Shown: piece after piece, positions 10,679 to 19,736 of the stretch
Numbering within the stretch: position 1 is the stretch's first letter
Layout of the letters: each line of letters opens with the position of its first letter
Source of the DNA: Microcoleaceae cyanobacterium
GTDB taxonomy: Bacteria; Cyanobacteriota; Cyanobacteriia; Cyanobacteriales; Microcoleaceae
Direction of reading: 5' to 3'
Assembly (NCBI GenBank): GCA_051652765.1
Contig: JBOFUV010000034.1
Coordinates: 128,001 to 192,000, forward strand
DNA: 64,000 nt
Notes under the pieces: generated by a model
The model's input: only the letters and a program-made list of their open reading frames with translations
What the model was told of the DNA's origin: nothing
Database searches by the model: none
Translations under genes and position numbers: made by a program

Positions 10679-11098
10679 TTACTGCCCTAAAACTTGATCT
10701 TTGTAAACTTGGAACTCTTTAGCGAGTTCCTGACGGTTAGAAGCCCGCAACAAGTAGCGATAGACAAACCAAGCAGCAAATCCTATTCCAATGAGTTCAA
10801 ACATTGGAGCAAGGAGAGGAATATCGTTCAATGCATCAACCATTGCGAACAAAAGCTTCAGAGCAACAAATAACGTTACGATCAAAATAACCGTAACGAT
10901 TGGCTTTTGATATTCTCCAAAGAAATTGGAAACGTAACCGGGTAACTCCGATAGCACGGCAACAACCTTTTGCTTGATCTCATCTACCTGGCTAGAGACC
11001 TGATCTGAAACTGAATCCTGAGTGAGATTCCCAACTGATTCAACATTCAAGTCCACTGGAGAGAGAGGGGTCGGGCTTGGGGTATTTGACTCTGACAT
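10679..11098 (-). CDS. curT: CAAD-domain thylakoid curvature protein
   Basis: DALNDIPLLAPMFELIGIGFAAWFVYRYLL...RQEL CAAD signature. Confidence 0.8.
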   Translation of the reverse strand: MSESNTPSPTPLSPVDLNVESVGNLTQDSVSDQVSSQVDEIKQKVVAVLSELPGYVSNFFGEYQKPIVTVILIVTLFVALKLLFAMVDALNDIPLLAPMFELIGIGFAAWFVYRYLLRASNRQELAKEFQVYKDQVLGQ

Positions 11099-11600
11099 TG
11101 TGGTCTCCTTTTCTCGAAATGCAATTGAAACTCAGGACAGCAAGCTAACGAAAACAATGCTTTGCTAGCAGTAAAAACCAGAGTAGCAGTCTTTCAGGTC
11201 TCATTACTACTGACTTTTGTTAAGTTGTGTAAACTTTGCCGATGCAAATCCGTTGACCTGTCCTAAAATCAACCAGGCTACTACCTTAATCTAAAACAGC
11301 CATGTTGAGTAATGGTGTTAAAGAAACGTTAAAGTAAACTGACAAATCTTTAATCAATTCATAGATTTGGGCAAAGATTTTCATAAAATCACCCAGTACT
11401 CTCTCTATTTTTAGCAATTCATTCTGTAGCTAAACCTATAGATTTCTGCTCCGAGGATCTCTAATTCTTGTTAACTAATTCTTGCTAAGTGACTAGGTAT
11501 AATTAGGGAGTCGAACCCTGTAATGCTACACTGCCCCCTAAACCAGGAAGGAGCGGTCTCCAGTCGCTTTTTTGTCGAGGGGATGAAGATCTTAACTACA

Positions 11601-11780
11601 TCATAAAACATCAGCGATTGCCTCCTGAGCAAACGTCTCCAATTTACCGTTTTCGATGTCTTGCTCGATCTGCTTGTCCCAGCGTTCGTAGTCTAAATCA
11701 AGAAACCACAGCCTCAATTTTTCAAACTCATTCGATGGCAAGGAAAGGATTGCCGCTTCAATTTGCTCAACGTTTGACAT
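11601..11780 (-). pseudogene. putative antitoxin, apparently C-terminally truncated; distal cassette remnant
   Basis: Not in the ORF track (59 aa): MSNVEQIEAAILSLPSNEFEKLRLWFLDLDYERWDKQIEQDIENGKLETFAQEAIADVL; resembles small antitoxins that precede RelE/ParE-like toxins; no toxin or attC follows. Confidence 0.55.
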
Positions 11781-11930
11781 AGCTGCTTCTACCTCTTTGC
11801 TCTTGAGAAAATTATAGCCTTCCCGAAAAGGCGGTGTACTTTTGTATCTGAAACTGCCGAGCTTTGCTCTCGAAAAACTCTTGAACCCTGCCAGTAAAGC
11901 GTGCGGTTACACCCCCACTCAGGATCTGCG

Positions 11931-12013
11931 GCATAACGTTCCTGGTCAGCGGCGGCTAATAACTTTGCATCCCCACTGAGATCTCAATACCGTCCGCACC
12001 AGGGTTGTTAGCC
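11931..12013 (-). other. attC site (83 bp)
   Basis: Minus strand GGCTAAC (contains the gene's TAA) ... GTTATGC; inner arms CCTGGT/ACCAGG and GCGGCGG/CCGTCCGC with extrahelical bases. Confidence 0.85.
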
Positions 12014-13253
12014 CGCCGCTTCAACACCTGCATTGAAACGATATTCAGCCAAAAGCCTCCGCAAATAGCGAAGTGCTAATAAGCACAGAGGAAAAACATA
12101 ATCATCAGGTGGCGTAAAGTTCCCATGCACAATTTTGTTTCTCCCGGTAATTATTTCACCACCACTAGACACATCAATAGGTATAATTTCTTGCTGCTCA
12201 AGCCACTGGAGTTTACGAGTCAGCCCATTAAAATCTCCTGGCTGCTTCTTTGCTCTAATTAACATCATGTTCACAATTGCTTCAATAGAAGGATACATAA
12301 CCCGTAGTGAATCTTGGCACTTGCCATCTTGGTAAAGCTTTATACTCGTTTCAATAGATTGTCGGTTTGCGTCATCAATTAACTCGTGTTTATTCACAAC
12401 CTCCAATACTTCGTCAAGCTCTGATGATGAACCTTTATAGGTATCACCGATTTCCTCTGATTCAATTAGTGATTTGGCAGCATCGCGCAGAGGATTATCT
12501 TCGGACAATATTCGTTCAACTACAACCTTACCTAGAGGCGTAAGCCTAATTTTCTCTGGATCATCTTCGTTCCGCTCTTTAAGAACACCTAGACGAAACA
12601 AAATGTCTTGCTGAGGCGGCATCAATTGTGGAATATTTTGACCACTAGGTTGTAGGTTAAACTCTTCTCTCAGTAAATCTAGATTTATGTGGCGGAAATC
12701 ATACCTGCTAGTGCTAAACAGAGAATCAACACCTAATAAAAAAGTAACAGCCTGTACAGGAGATAGCTCAAGAAACAGCCTTCCAAGTCCCGTAACATTC
12801 CAATGAGAATCTTGATAATCCCATGAAATTAACCAACGATCCTTAGCAAAGGTATATGCTTATTGTCTGTTCGTCACCGTTACGCTCCCATACCTCAACA
12901 AGTGCCGCTATTAAGTTTCCCTCAAAGTTGCGAGCCTGATAAATTGGTCTGTCTTCATCGGAGAGCCTAATATCAATACCTTCCGTGACAAGCTTGAAAA
13001 CAGTACTTTCATCTACTATTCCTATCTTTCTGAGATATACACCACATACTCGAACATACTCATCAAATAGCCCTTCATTGAACCATTCGAGCAAGGTGTA
13101 ATTATCACTATCAACTTCGCGTAACTTCTGAGCAGCATACTCTCGTAAGCGCTGAGTTAAAGCAGGTGCAACTGAACTATGCTCAATAATTGTGCCACCA
13201 CTCACTTGAATGTCAGCAATGATTTGCTTAATTGCGTCAATAAAACTCAGCAT
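12008..13253 (-). pseudogene. HEPN (DUF4145-like) domain protein split by one frameshift near 12860
   Basis: The frame of ORF 12008..12625 stays open upstream to 12859 and overlaps the end of ORF 12843..13253; span 1246 nt = 3n+1; C-terminal RNKIVH (Rx4H) motif. Confidence 0.7.
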
Positions 13254-13397
13254 TGATAAAAATTTTAGTCTTAAATTCAGAATCTACCTGCTATTCTAAT
13301 CGATCGCCCTGTTTACCATCTTATAAGTGACTTACGGCAACTTGGCATTGAGCACAAACAGATAACCTCGCGCTCATGTCCTCATCAACAATTTGAG

Positions 13398-13483
13398 GGC
13401 TAACGATTGAGTTGAGCCGCCGCAGATAACCTTTGGTTCCAACAGATAACCTCTCGGCGGTCGGCTCCAACGACTTGTTATAC
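13398..13483 (-). other. attC site (86 bp)
   Basis: Minus strand GTATAAC ... GTTAGCC; plus-strand arms GTTGAGCCGCCGC / CGGCGGTCGGCTCCAAC; 7 nt after the DUF5615 stop. Confidence 0.85.
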
Positions 13484-13490
13484 CGCCGTG

Positions 13491-13832
13491 TTAATCTCCA
13501 CTAATTTCCACTAACTTTTCACCAGAACGTAGTAGCTCTAGTGCTTCTGGTAAAACCGAATTCAAAATCTCTCGTAGCCGAGCATTTGACGTATTTCCGC
13601 AAGTCAACCAAATGATTTGCGGGGGTGCTCCCAATCGATCGACTAAATCCACGAAATCACTGTCTTTGGTCATGAAAATAACTCCTTGAGCTTGTGCAGC
13701 CTCAAAGATTTCCGGATCTTCGGCATCTCGCAACCCAAGATCACGTAAAGCTAGTGCTGTCACCCCAAATGTATCTGTAATCCAAGTTGCGATTGCGGGT
13801 GACAAGTGTGCATCAATCCAAATCGTTGTCAT
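13491..13832 (-). CDS. DUF5615 PIN-like toxin
   Basis: IWIDAHLSP, DAEDPEIF, MTKDSDF, IIWLTCGNTSN. Confidence 0.9.
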   Translation of the reverse strand: MTTIWIDAHLSPAIATWITDTFGVTALALRDLGLRDAEDPEIFEAAQAQGVIFMTKDSDFVDLVDRLGAPPQIIWLTCGNTSNARLREILNSVLPEALELLRSGEKLVEISGD

Positions 13833-14053
13833 GCAACTAAAACAGGATGATTGAGTTTACGTGAAGCGTAGACAAGTGCCGCTCTCAAATCATCCATTTC
13901 TAGATCGGGTAGTTCCTCTAAAATCTCTTCGGAACTTAGCCCTGCTGCGAACAAATCCAAAACATCAGACACTCGAATCCTCATACCACGAATACAGGGG
14001 CGACCACCACACTGTCTGGGATTTACTGTAATTCGTTCAAGTAGCTTTGACAT
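13829..14053 (-). CDS. DUF433 antitoxin
   Basis: RITVNPRQCGGRPCIRGMRIRVSDVL; GGAGG RBS; ATGA overlap with the toxin. Confidence 0.9.
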   Translation of the reverse strand: MSKLLERITVNPRQCGGRPCIRGMRIRVSDVLDLFAAGLSSEEILEELPDLEMDDLRAALVYASRKLNHPVLVA

Positions 14054-14080
14054 TTGAAGCAACCTCCATAAGATTAGCGT

Positions 14081-15133
14081 CTATCGAAAAGCACGTTCGT
14101 TCATCTCCTCGAAAAATAGCTCCTCGCTTTGAGTTGCCATTCGTAATGCTATGCGGTCTTGTAGAATTCTTGAATTAAAGTTTCTACGAACCTCTTCGTC
14201 AACACGATTGAGCAAAAATGGTATTTCGTGTCCAGCATGATTCATCTGACAGTCAGCCGTCATGATGCGAAGCATATTCTCTAGATGATCTTCATGTACT
14301 TCAAAACCAAACACTTTGTTTCTTGGCTTGAAAATACCCCTTAGAATGCGAGTAGCGTCGCCGTTCAGAAAGGAGGATAATGTTCCTCTAGAACTCTCGC
14401 CCTGATTTCTGTTAGGAACATTGCTATTTGACAGGTGATCGTGAAGCGTTTCTACGATGAAGAGTTCTCCTGTTCTCAAGGCACGGGCAAAGGTTGAAAA
14501 TACTACATTTGCCTTGATGTTTTTCATGACCCCAATGCATTGCTTACCACTGGAAAATAGGCTTTCATAAAGATCCACACCTTCCTGGGTAGCTACGAGC
14601 CACTCATACACCAGCGTCCCATCAAAAAATATGTAAGGTTCCTCAAGCTCTAAGCCGTGTCTGACCTCAAAGTATCTGAGATAAGCGGTTGAAGAAATAC
14701 CAAAGAGAGCCTGTTCTTGTCGAGCGATGAAATCATTGGTATCTCTAGAATCACCAAGATAGGCTCTACTAGACCAATAATGTAGTGAATCCTGTAGAGG
14801 GCGGCGGTGAGAGATACTCCCAATTCCTACGCACAAGGCTTGTCCTGATGAGTACATTTGCAAAGGAAGCGCAGGGGTGCCATCAACGGAAGCAACTTGC
14901 CCTTGCTCTAATTCCGGTGCATTACTAAACAACCCAAACTCAATCTGACGTAGCCTCGGTCTACCTCCCGACAGCGAACTTGATGACTCCATTGCTTCTC
15001 TTGCTTCGCGAGTGATTTGCCTTGCTTGCTCACTATCCAGCATTTCGACGACATCATCAGCTACGCCTCCAAAAGTTGTAGCAAATTCGTCGCGAGTGAT
15101 GCGTCTTGAGCGTCTGACTAACTCACTAAACAT
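14081..15133 (-). CDS. NurA-like nuclease (RNase H fold)
   Basis: VASVDGT, IFFDGTL, IGVMKN and C-terminal GHEIPFLLNRVDEEVR pattern of NurA-family proteins. Confidence 0.6.
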   Translation of the reverse strand: MFSELVRRSRRITRDEFATTFGGVADDVVEMLDSEQARQITREAREAMESSSSLSGGRPRLRQIEFGLFSNAPELEQGQVASVDGTPALPLQMYSSGQALCVGIGSISHRRPLQDSLHYWSSRAYLGDSRDTNDFIARQEQALFGISSTAYLRYFEVRHGLELEEPYIFFDGTLVYEWLVATQEGVDLYESLFSSGKQCIGVMKNIKANVVFSTFARALRTGELFIVETLHDHLSNSNVPNRNQGESSRGTLSSFLNGDATRILRGIFKPRNKVFGFEVHEDHLENMLRIMTADCQMNHAGHEIPFLLNRVDEEVRRNFNSRILQDRIALRMATQSEELFFEEMNERAFR

Positions 15134-15138
15134 AGTCT

Positions 15139-15644
15139 CTAGTTTCCCATTTTTTCAAATACATTAAGAACACAGGTATCCGATCTCATTCTACGATCGC
15201 GCTTTGCCATATTGTTTTTTGTCGCACTACCAGGCTCCTGTTGCCGACCGCGAGAAACATAGGTCGTGTCAAGCCAACTTAAGCCACAAGCGATCGCCAT
15301 CGAAGAAACATCTGACGGAACATCATGATTTGGGTTTTCGGGTCTAAGCCCACTCCACTTAGGTAAAAAGATGCATAGCCTCCCGCTAGGGTTCAAGGAT
15401 TCAGCTAATGCGGCTATTACTTCTTTCATTATAGAAAGATAGTTATCATAACTCTTAGCAGATGCTAGCTGATCATCAAATAAGTGACTAGACTGTCCGT
15501 AGTACGACGGATCGATAAAGATCCAATCAGCTTTAATTGGCAGAGGATTTCGCGCATCGTGCTTTTTAATAAAGCGACGACGGGGGTACAAATCAAACAA
15601 CTTGATTTTTAACTGAAAGTTAGAGTCTTTCTGCCAGCGATCGC
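15139..15644 (-). pseudogene. C-terminal part of an amino-DNA methyltransferase (N-terminus missing)
   Basis: HDARNP...DWIFIDPSYY (DPPY-like) and SLNPSGRLCIF; no ATG start and no SAM-binding motif I; the frame opens next to a HIP1 site at 15637-15644. Confidence 0.65.
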
Positions 15645-15728
15645 TCTCCTAAATGTTTCTGAGTCAAGTTTAGCATTCACTCCTAACCGATAACCTCGCT
15701 GGCACTGTCCTAGCCCAAAAACGAAGCT

Positions 15729-15815
15729 AGCTAACGATTGAGTTCACCCACTACTGATAGCTTTGGGACTAATCCAGTAATGCTATTGCAGGTCGGGTGC
15801 AGTGATTGGTTAGCT
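15729..15815 (-). other. attC site (87 bp)
   Basis: AGCTAAC ... GTTAGCT ends; inner arms CACCC/GGGTG; left arm GCTAACGATTGAGTT is shared with attC 13398. Confidence 0.75.
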
Positions 15816-15940
15816 CGACTTGGGCGAGCTGACTGTCTCTTGACTCAGCAAAACGACCAGCGCAGATGATGCAAACCCTCTCTCAACATAGTCAGTCGCC
15901 CTTCGGTTTAACTCCACAGGGAAGCTGTGGTTCGCTGGCA

Positions 15941-16046
15941 AGATAACGACCAAGATAAGCAGATTTTGAGAGCGGCGATTGCTTTTGGGAGGAAACTAAA
16001 ACTTGCAAATCCGCTCTCAAAATTCCGCTGCAACGACTTGTTATAC
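15941..16046 (-). other. attC site (106 bp)
   Basis: Minus strand GTATAAC ... GTTATCT with perfect 13-bp stem ATTTTGAGAGCGG/CCGCTCTCAAAAT; 4 nt after the ATPase stop. Confidence 0.85.
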
Positions 16047-16050
16047 GGCT

Positions 16051-17910
16051 TTACAGAGGAATTAGCTTACTCTCATCATTAAACTCAGCAAATATGTATT
16101 CATGAGCGCTTTCTGGAACGGTGTTATCAGACACAATAATTTGCAAACGATTCTGATACTCCTGACCAACTCGGATTATATAACTATAAATAGCTTCAAT
16201 ACGTTCACGATCCAATCCCTCATAGCCGATATTGCCAGATAGACCATCAATTAACAAGATATTGGGAAGTTGTAAGTCAAAATGAATGCAGGTTAGTTGG
16301 TGTGCTAAGGCATGGGCAGTATTAACCATCACCTTGAGACCTTGAGACTCCAATTCATCAAAACGTCTTCCCTCAAAGCGTGGTAAGTACGTTTTGCGAT
16401 CAATAATTGATGGTCCCGGATCTGAAAAAGATGGTACTCGAATTTCCCGTAAAATCGCTTGATAAGTGTTGTCCAGAAAAATCAGATAGCTCTCAAAATC
16501 TGAAACTCGGCTATTAGCTAGATCAATAGCCACATCTAACTCTTCAAGACGAGATTCAAGTTGTTCAATAGTGCTGATAGCCTGATCTTGCCGATTATAC
16601 AGTCCGAGATATTCTTCTAGACGCTGCTTCTGCTCCTGTAATTGGGTACGATGTTGTTCCACCTGTGCTATCTGCTCTGCTTGTTCGGAGACGTAGCGGT
16701 GAGTCCGGTGGTTTATCTCGGAGGATAAAGCTTGGCGTTGTGCATCCAATCGAGCGATTTCCTGTTCGATGCCAGTAGTTGCAGTTCGATGTGCATCAAC
16801 TAGTTCAAAAGTTTCAGTGATTTGTTGTTCTAAGCGATCTTGTTCCTTGATCAAATCATCTTGGGTTATTTGCGGTTCTGGTTGTTGCAAGCACAGATAA
16901 CATATTTCTGATTCAGTTCGGGATGGTTGAATAGAAGAGCCACAGCGTGGGCAAGAAAGGAAATCGAAATCAAGCAAATAGTTTCCTGCCACAATCGACT
17001 TGGTAAGTCTGGCACTTTGAGTCTGTAGTTGGGCAATGAGACTCTGTTTCTGTTCAAGGCTATATTGCTCATACTGAAGATTCTGATGAAATTCATCTAA
17101 TTGTCGCTGCACTACTAAGAGGCTGCTTCGTAACTCGTCCGTATTTGTATAACTTCTAATTTCCTGTCCTAGATTTTCCGAATCTGAATGTGCAGTTTCT
17201 AGTTCTCTAGTCACATTATTAAGATTATGGACAATAGCTGCTCGATTCTCAAAAGGTGTTCCAGTAAGAAATTCTTCAATTGTTTTAGTGTAATTCTGCA
17301 AACGCCGAATTTCACTGACTGTTTCACGGCGTTTCATCTGTAGCTGAGCTATTTCAACATCATATTTGCCATAAATAACTTCAAAGACGTACTTACGCTT
17401 GTTGTTTTTGTGAGGATTGGTATGTTCAAAAACGCTACTATCAATTTCATCTTGACGGAGATGGCAATACATCATGTAATCATTGATAGATAAAGGTGAT
17501 GTATCACTGTCATCTTGAGTTGGCGCTGTAGGAACTCTCAAAGTTGGCAGGTTGAGTTTTTCCAGCAACCACGTTCCGTAGGTCTCTTCATCGGACTTAC
17601 CACGCAAAGCTGGTAAACGTTTCGCCTCATTCTCACCAGCAATAGAAACCATTGCATCACTTGTCGTAACGAAAGGTCTGATAATCTCATATGCATTGTC
17701 GCCAATGAGAATCTCTCCAGCAAGATTGGTGATGTTCTCACGAGCTTCTCTTGAAAAATCTTTGAGCACTGAACCCAGCAACCCACGAAAGCACTTAATT
17801 AGGGTTGTCTTTCCAGTTGTGATCGAGCCAGTAATAACGTTTAATCCAGGTGCTAGAGAAAATTCACGCTCAATGCCCAACAAGTCGATTTTATTAATGT
17901 GGATTCTCAT
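16051..17910 (-). CDS. SMC/Rad50-like ABC ATPase (Lamassu LmuB / ABC-3C ATPase)
   Basis: Walker A GSITTGKTT, coiled coils, zinc-hook CPRCG...CYLC, signature-like ESQG, Walker B ILLIDG; ATG 17910 overlaps the upstream TGA. Confidence 0.8.
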   Translation of the reverse strand: MRIHINKIDLLGIEREFSLAPGLNVITGSITTGKTTLIKCFRGLLGSVLKDFSREARENITNLAGEILIGDNAYEIIRPFVTTSDAMVSIAGENEAKRLPALRGKSDEETYGTWLLEKLNLPTLRVPTAPTQDDSDTSPLSINDYMMYCHLRQDEIDSSVFEHTNPHKNNKRKYVFEVIYGKYDVEIAQLQMKRRETVSEIRRLQNYTKTIEEFLTGTPFENRAAIVHNLNNVTRELETAHSDSENLGQEIRSYTNTDELRSSLLVVQRQLDEFHQNLQYEQYSLEQKQSLIAQLQTQSARLTKSIVAGNYLLDFDFLSCPRCGSSIQPSRTESEICYLCLQQPEPQITQDDLIKEQDRLEQQITETFELVDAHRTATTGIEQEIARLDAQRQALSSEINHRTHRYVSEQAEQIAQVEQHRTQLQEQKQRLEEYLGLYNRQDQAISTIEQLESRLEELDVAIDLANSRVSDFESYLIFLDNTYQAILREIRVPSFSDPGPSIIDRKTYLPRFEGRRFDELESQGLKVMVNTAHALAHQLTCIHFDLQLPNILLIDGLSGNIGYEGLDRERIEAIYSYIIRVGQEYQNRLQIIVSDNTVPESAHEYIFAEFNDESKLIPL

Positions 17911-18425
17911 AACTTTTGGCCCCAAGAAGCACTAGTAACCTCAGGAAAATGCTGGTAAATGAAGTCCTTAAGCTTACTACCAGTAAGATTAAAATTCTGT
18001 TTCAATAGTTTGATACGCACGTTGGTTTCTGACCAGCTTTGTTCTTTCGACAGGGCTTTGGCAATCTGACTACCACGCTCTGTAGTGCGATAGCTCAGAC
18101 CTCTTTGATTCGGAACCGTTTCGACTAAACCTTTACCAATAAGTCTGCCAAGTATAGCGTAGTATGCGGGATCCCAAGGACCGTATCGATAACGAATCAT
18201 ACGCCCTTCAATATTTTGTTGCTCCTCAGCAGCTACTTCCATAACTTGATTCGATGAGCGAATGGCTAGAGCACGTTGCATAAAGCTAGGATAACGTAGC
18301 AGAAAATCAAGTTTGGCTAACTTAGTTCTGCCTTCTAGAGATTTAGTCGATGTAGTAAACGCATTAATAAGCAGCAGGATGCGTGCTTCGCTTTCGATGG
18401 AAGGTTGAAATAGTTCCTTACGCAA
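17907..18425 (-). CDS. ABC-three-component middle component (LmuC-like)
   Basis: KLAKLDFLLRYP, MIRYRYGPWD and winged-helix-like LIGKGLV; translationally coupled on both sides. Confidence 0.75.
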   Translation of the reverse strand: MRKELFQPSIESEARILLLINAFTTSTKSLEGRTKLAKLDFLLRYPSFMQRALAIRSSNQVMEVAAEEQQNIEGRMIRYRYGPWDPAYYAILGRLIGKGLVETVPNQRGLSYRTTERGSQIAKALSKEQSWSETNVRIKLLKQNFNLTGSKLKDFIYQHFPEVTSASWGQKL

Positions 18426-19569
18426 TTTTCACCCCCCAATCGATGCGACATTCATCAGAAATCCCGCAGACTGCACCAAGTAGCAGATAGGGATCTTGCT
18501 TATATACTCGATGAGGATCGACCGATTCTTTTTTTTGGGTTAGTTCATTAATTACAGCTCGCCAGATAATCTTGGCCGGTTTCTCTGACTCATCATGCTC
18601 TTCCACAATTGAATTTGTGAGTGTTTGAATTCGGATCTGCACATCTACAAATTTTTCTTCTTCCATGAAGAAGCCTGATGATAAAATTTCGGCTTCACGG
18701 ATAGAAGCATTTGCTCGTAGCTCTTTGGCATTTTTAATAATGCGTTCAGTAGCTCCGCCTGCTATGAGTTTCTTTTCTAGCTTAGTTGGGGTAGGTGCAT
18801 TGAGGTCAGTAATTCGCAACAGCAAGGGATAATCACCACTTATAAGGGAGCCAATGATATCAGTGATATTGTTGGCAGTAAGGCGTTTTGCATCTATCCT
18901 GGCTTTGGTTTCATCTTCAAGCTCTTCTACTTTTGCAATATAGTAGTATAAAAGATTATCCAAGCGATCGCAGGACATTGCTCGAAGAATTTCATCAGTA
19001 AGCTTTTCTTCGAGAGACTTAATTTCACGAATTGATGTGCTTGCTGAGACTTCCCCCATTAGGTGAATATTATGTGATGTAACGTGCGCTCTGGGAGGCT
19101 GGTTAGGATGAACAGTAACAGCTTCAAGAAAAGTGTTGCACTCAGAGTCTTCAATCTCAAGTTTTTTAGATATCTTCTGTACAAGCTCGTCTGACATACC
19201 GCGCTTAGAGTGAGTTAAGGCATTGAGATCATCCTTGGCAGATATTGCACCTTCGATAAAGAGGCTGTATTTAGCTACTAAAGAGGATGTTTCAGTAAAA
19301 GCCCGGTATAAACTTTTCAACCCGTCCATAGCAGCAGTCAATGTCCATTGACCCAGATCTGCATTCCGGGTTTTGACTTGAATAAAGTGCCAGTAATCAT
19401 CATATTCAACAACAATATCTTCAAAGTGCTCCATGATGACAGAGCGTACTTTTTCTTTGCGCGCACATGCTAGGCAGAAAGGCAAAGCAAGTTGTGCCTG
19501 ATAGCGAAACCGCTTCAGTGTATCGGTACCTGTATCATCGGGCGGTGTTTGATTGAGAGGATTTTTCAT
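18418..19569 (-). CDS. Cap4-like dsDNA endonuclease effector with ABC-3C C-terminal domain (LmuA-like)
   Basis: DTGTDTLKRFRYQ, EHFEDIVV, FIQVKT (PD-QxK); C-terminal GAVCGISDECRIDWG. Confidence 0.75.
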   Translation of the reverse strand: MKNPLNQTPPDDTGTDTLKRFRYQAQLALPFCLACARKEKVRSVIMEHFEDIVVEYDDYWHFIQVKTRNADLGQWTLTAAMDGLKSLYRAFTETSSLVAKYSLFIEGAISAKDDLNALTHSKRGMSDELVQKISKKLEIEDSECNTFLEAVTVHPNQPPRAHVTSHNIHLMGEVSASTSIREIKSLEEKLTDEILRAMSCDRLDNLLYYYIAKVEELEDETKARIDAKRLTANNITDIIGSLISGDYPLLLRITDLNAPTPTKLEKKLIAGGATERIIKNAKELRANASIREAEILSSGFFMEEEKFVDVQIRIQTLTNSIVEEHDESEKPAKIIWRAVINELTQKKESVDPHRVYKQDPYLLLGAVCGISDECRIDWGVKIA

Positions 19570-19736
19570 TGTGTGCTGCTATGGAAGCTTCGGACAAAGC
19601 TATATACTTCATTGATGGAATATCTATACCCATAATGTCAAGGAACAAATATCTGTACCACCATTAGCTTTCAATTTTTGCCTTTAAGCAGCGGAAATAG
19701 AAGCCTTACAGTAACTCCTTTATCAATGGGTGAGCC

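Noticed and set aside
11506..11519. GGGAGTCGAACCCT resembling a reverse tRNA T-loop (possible integration site)
   Set aside because: No cloverleaf can be built and no duplicate was seen at the other island end.
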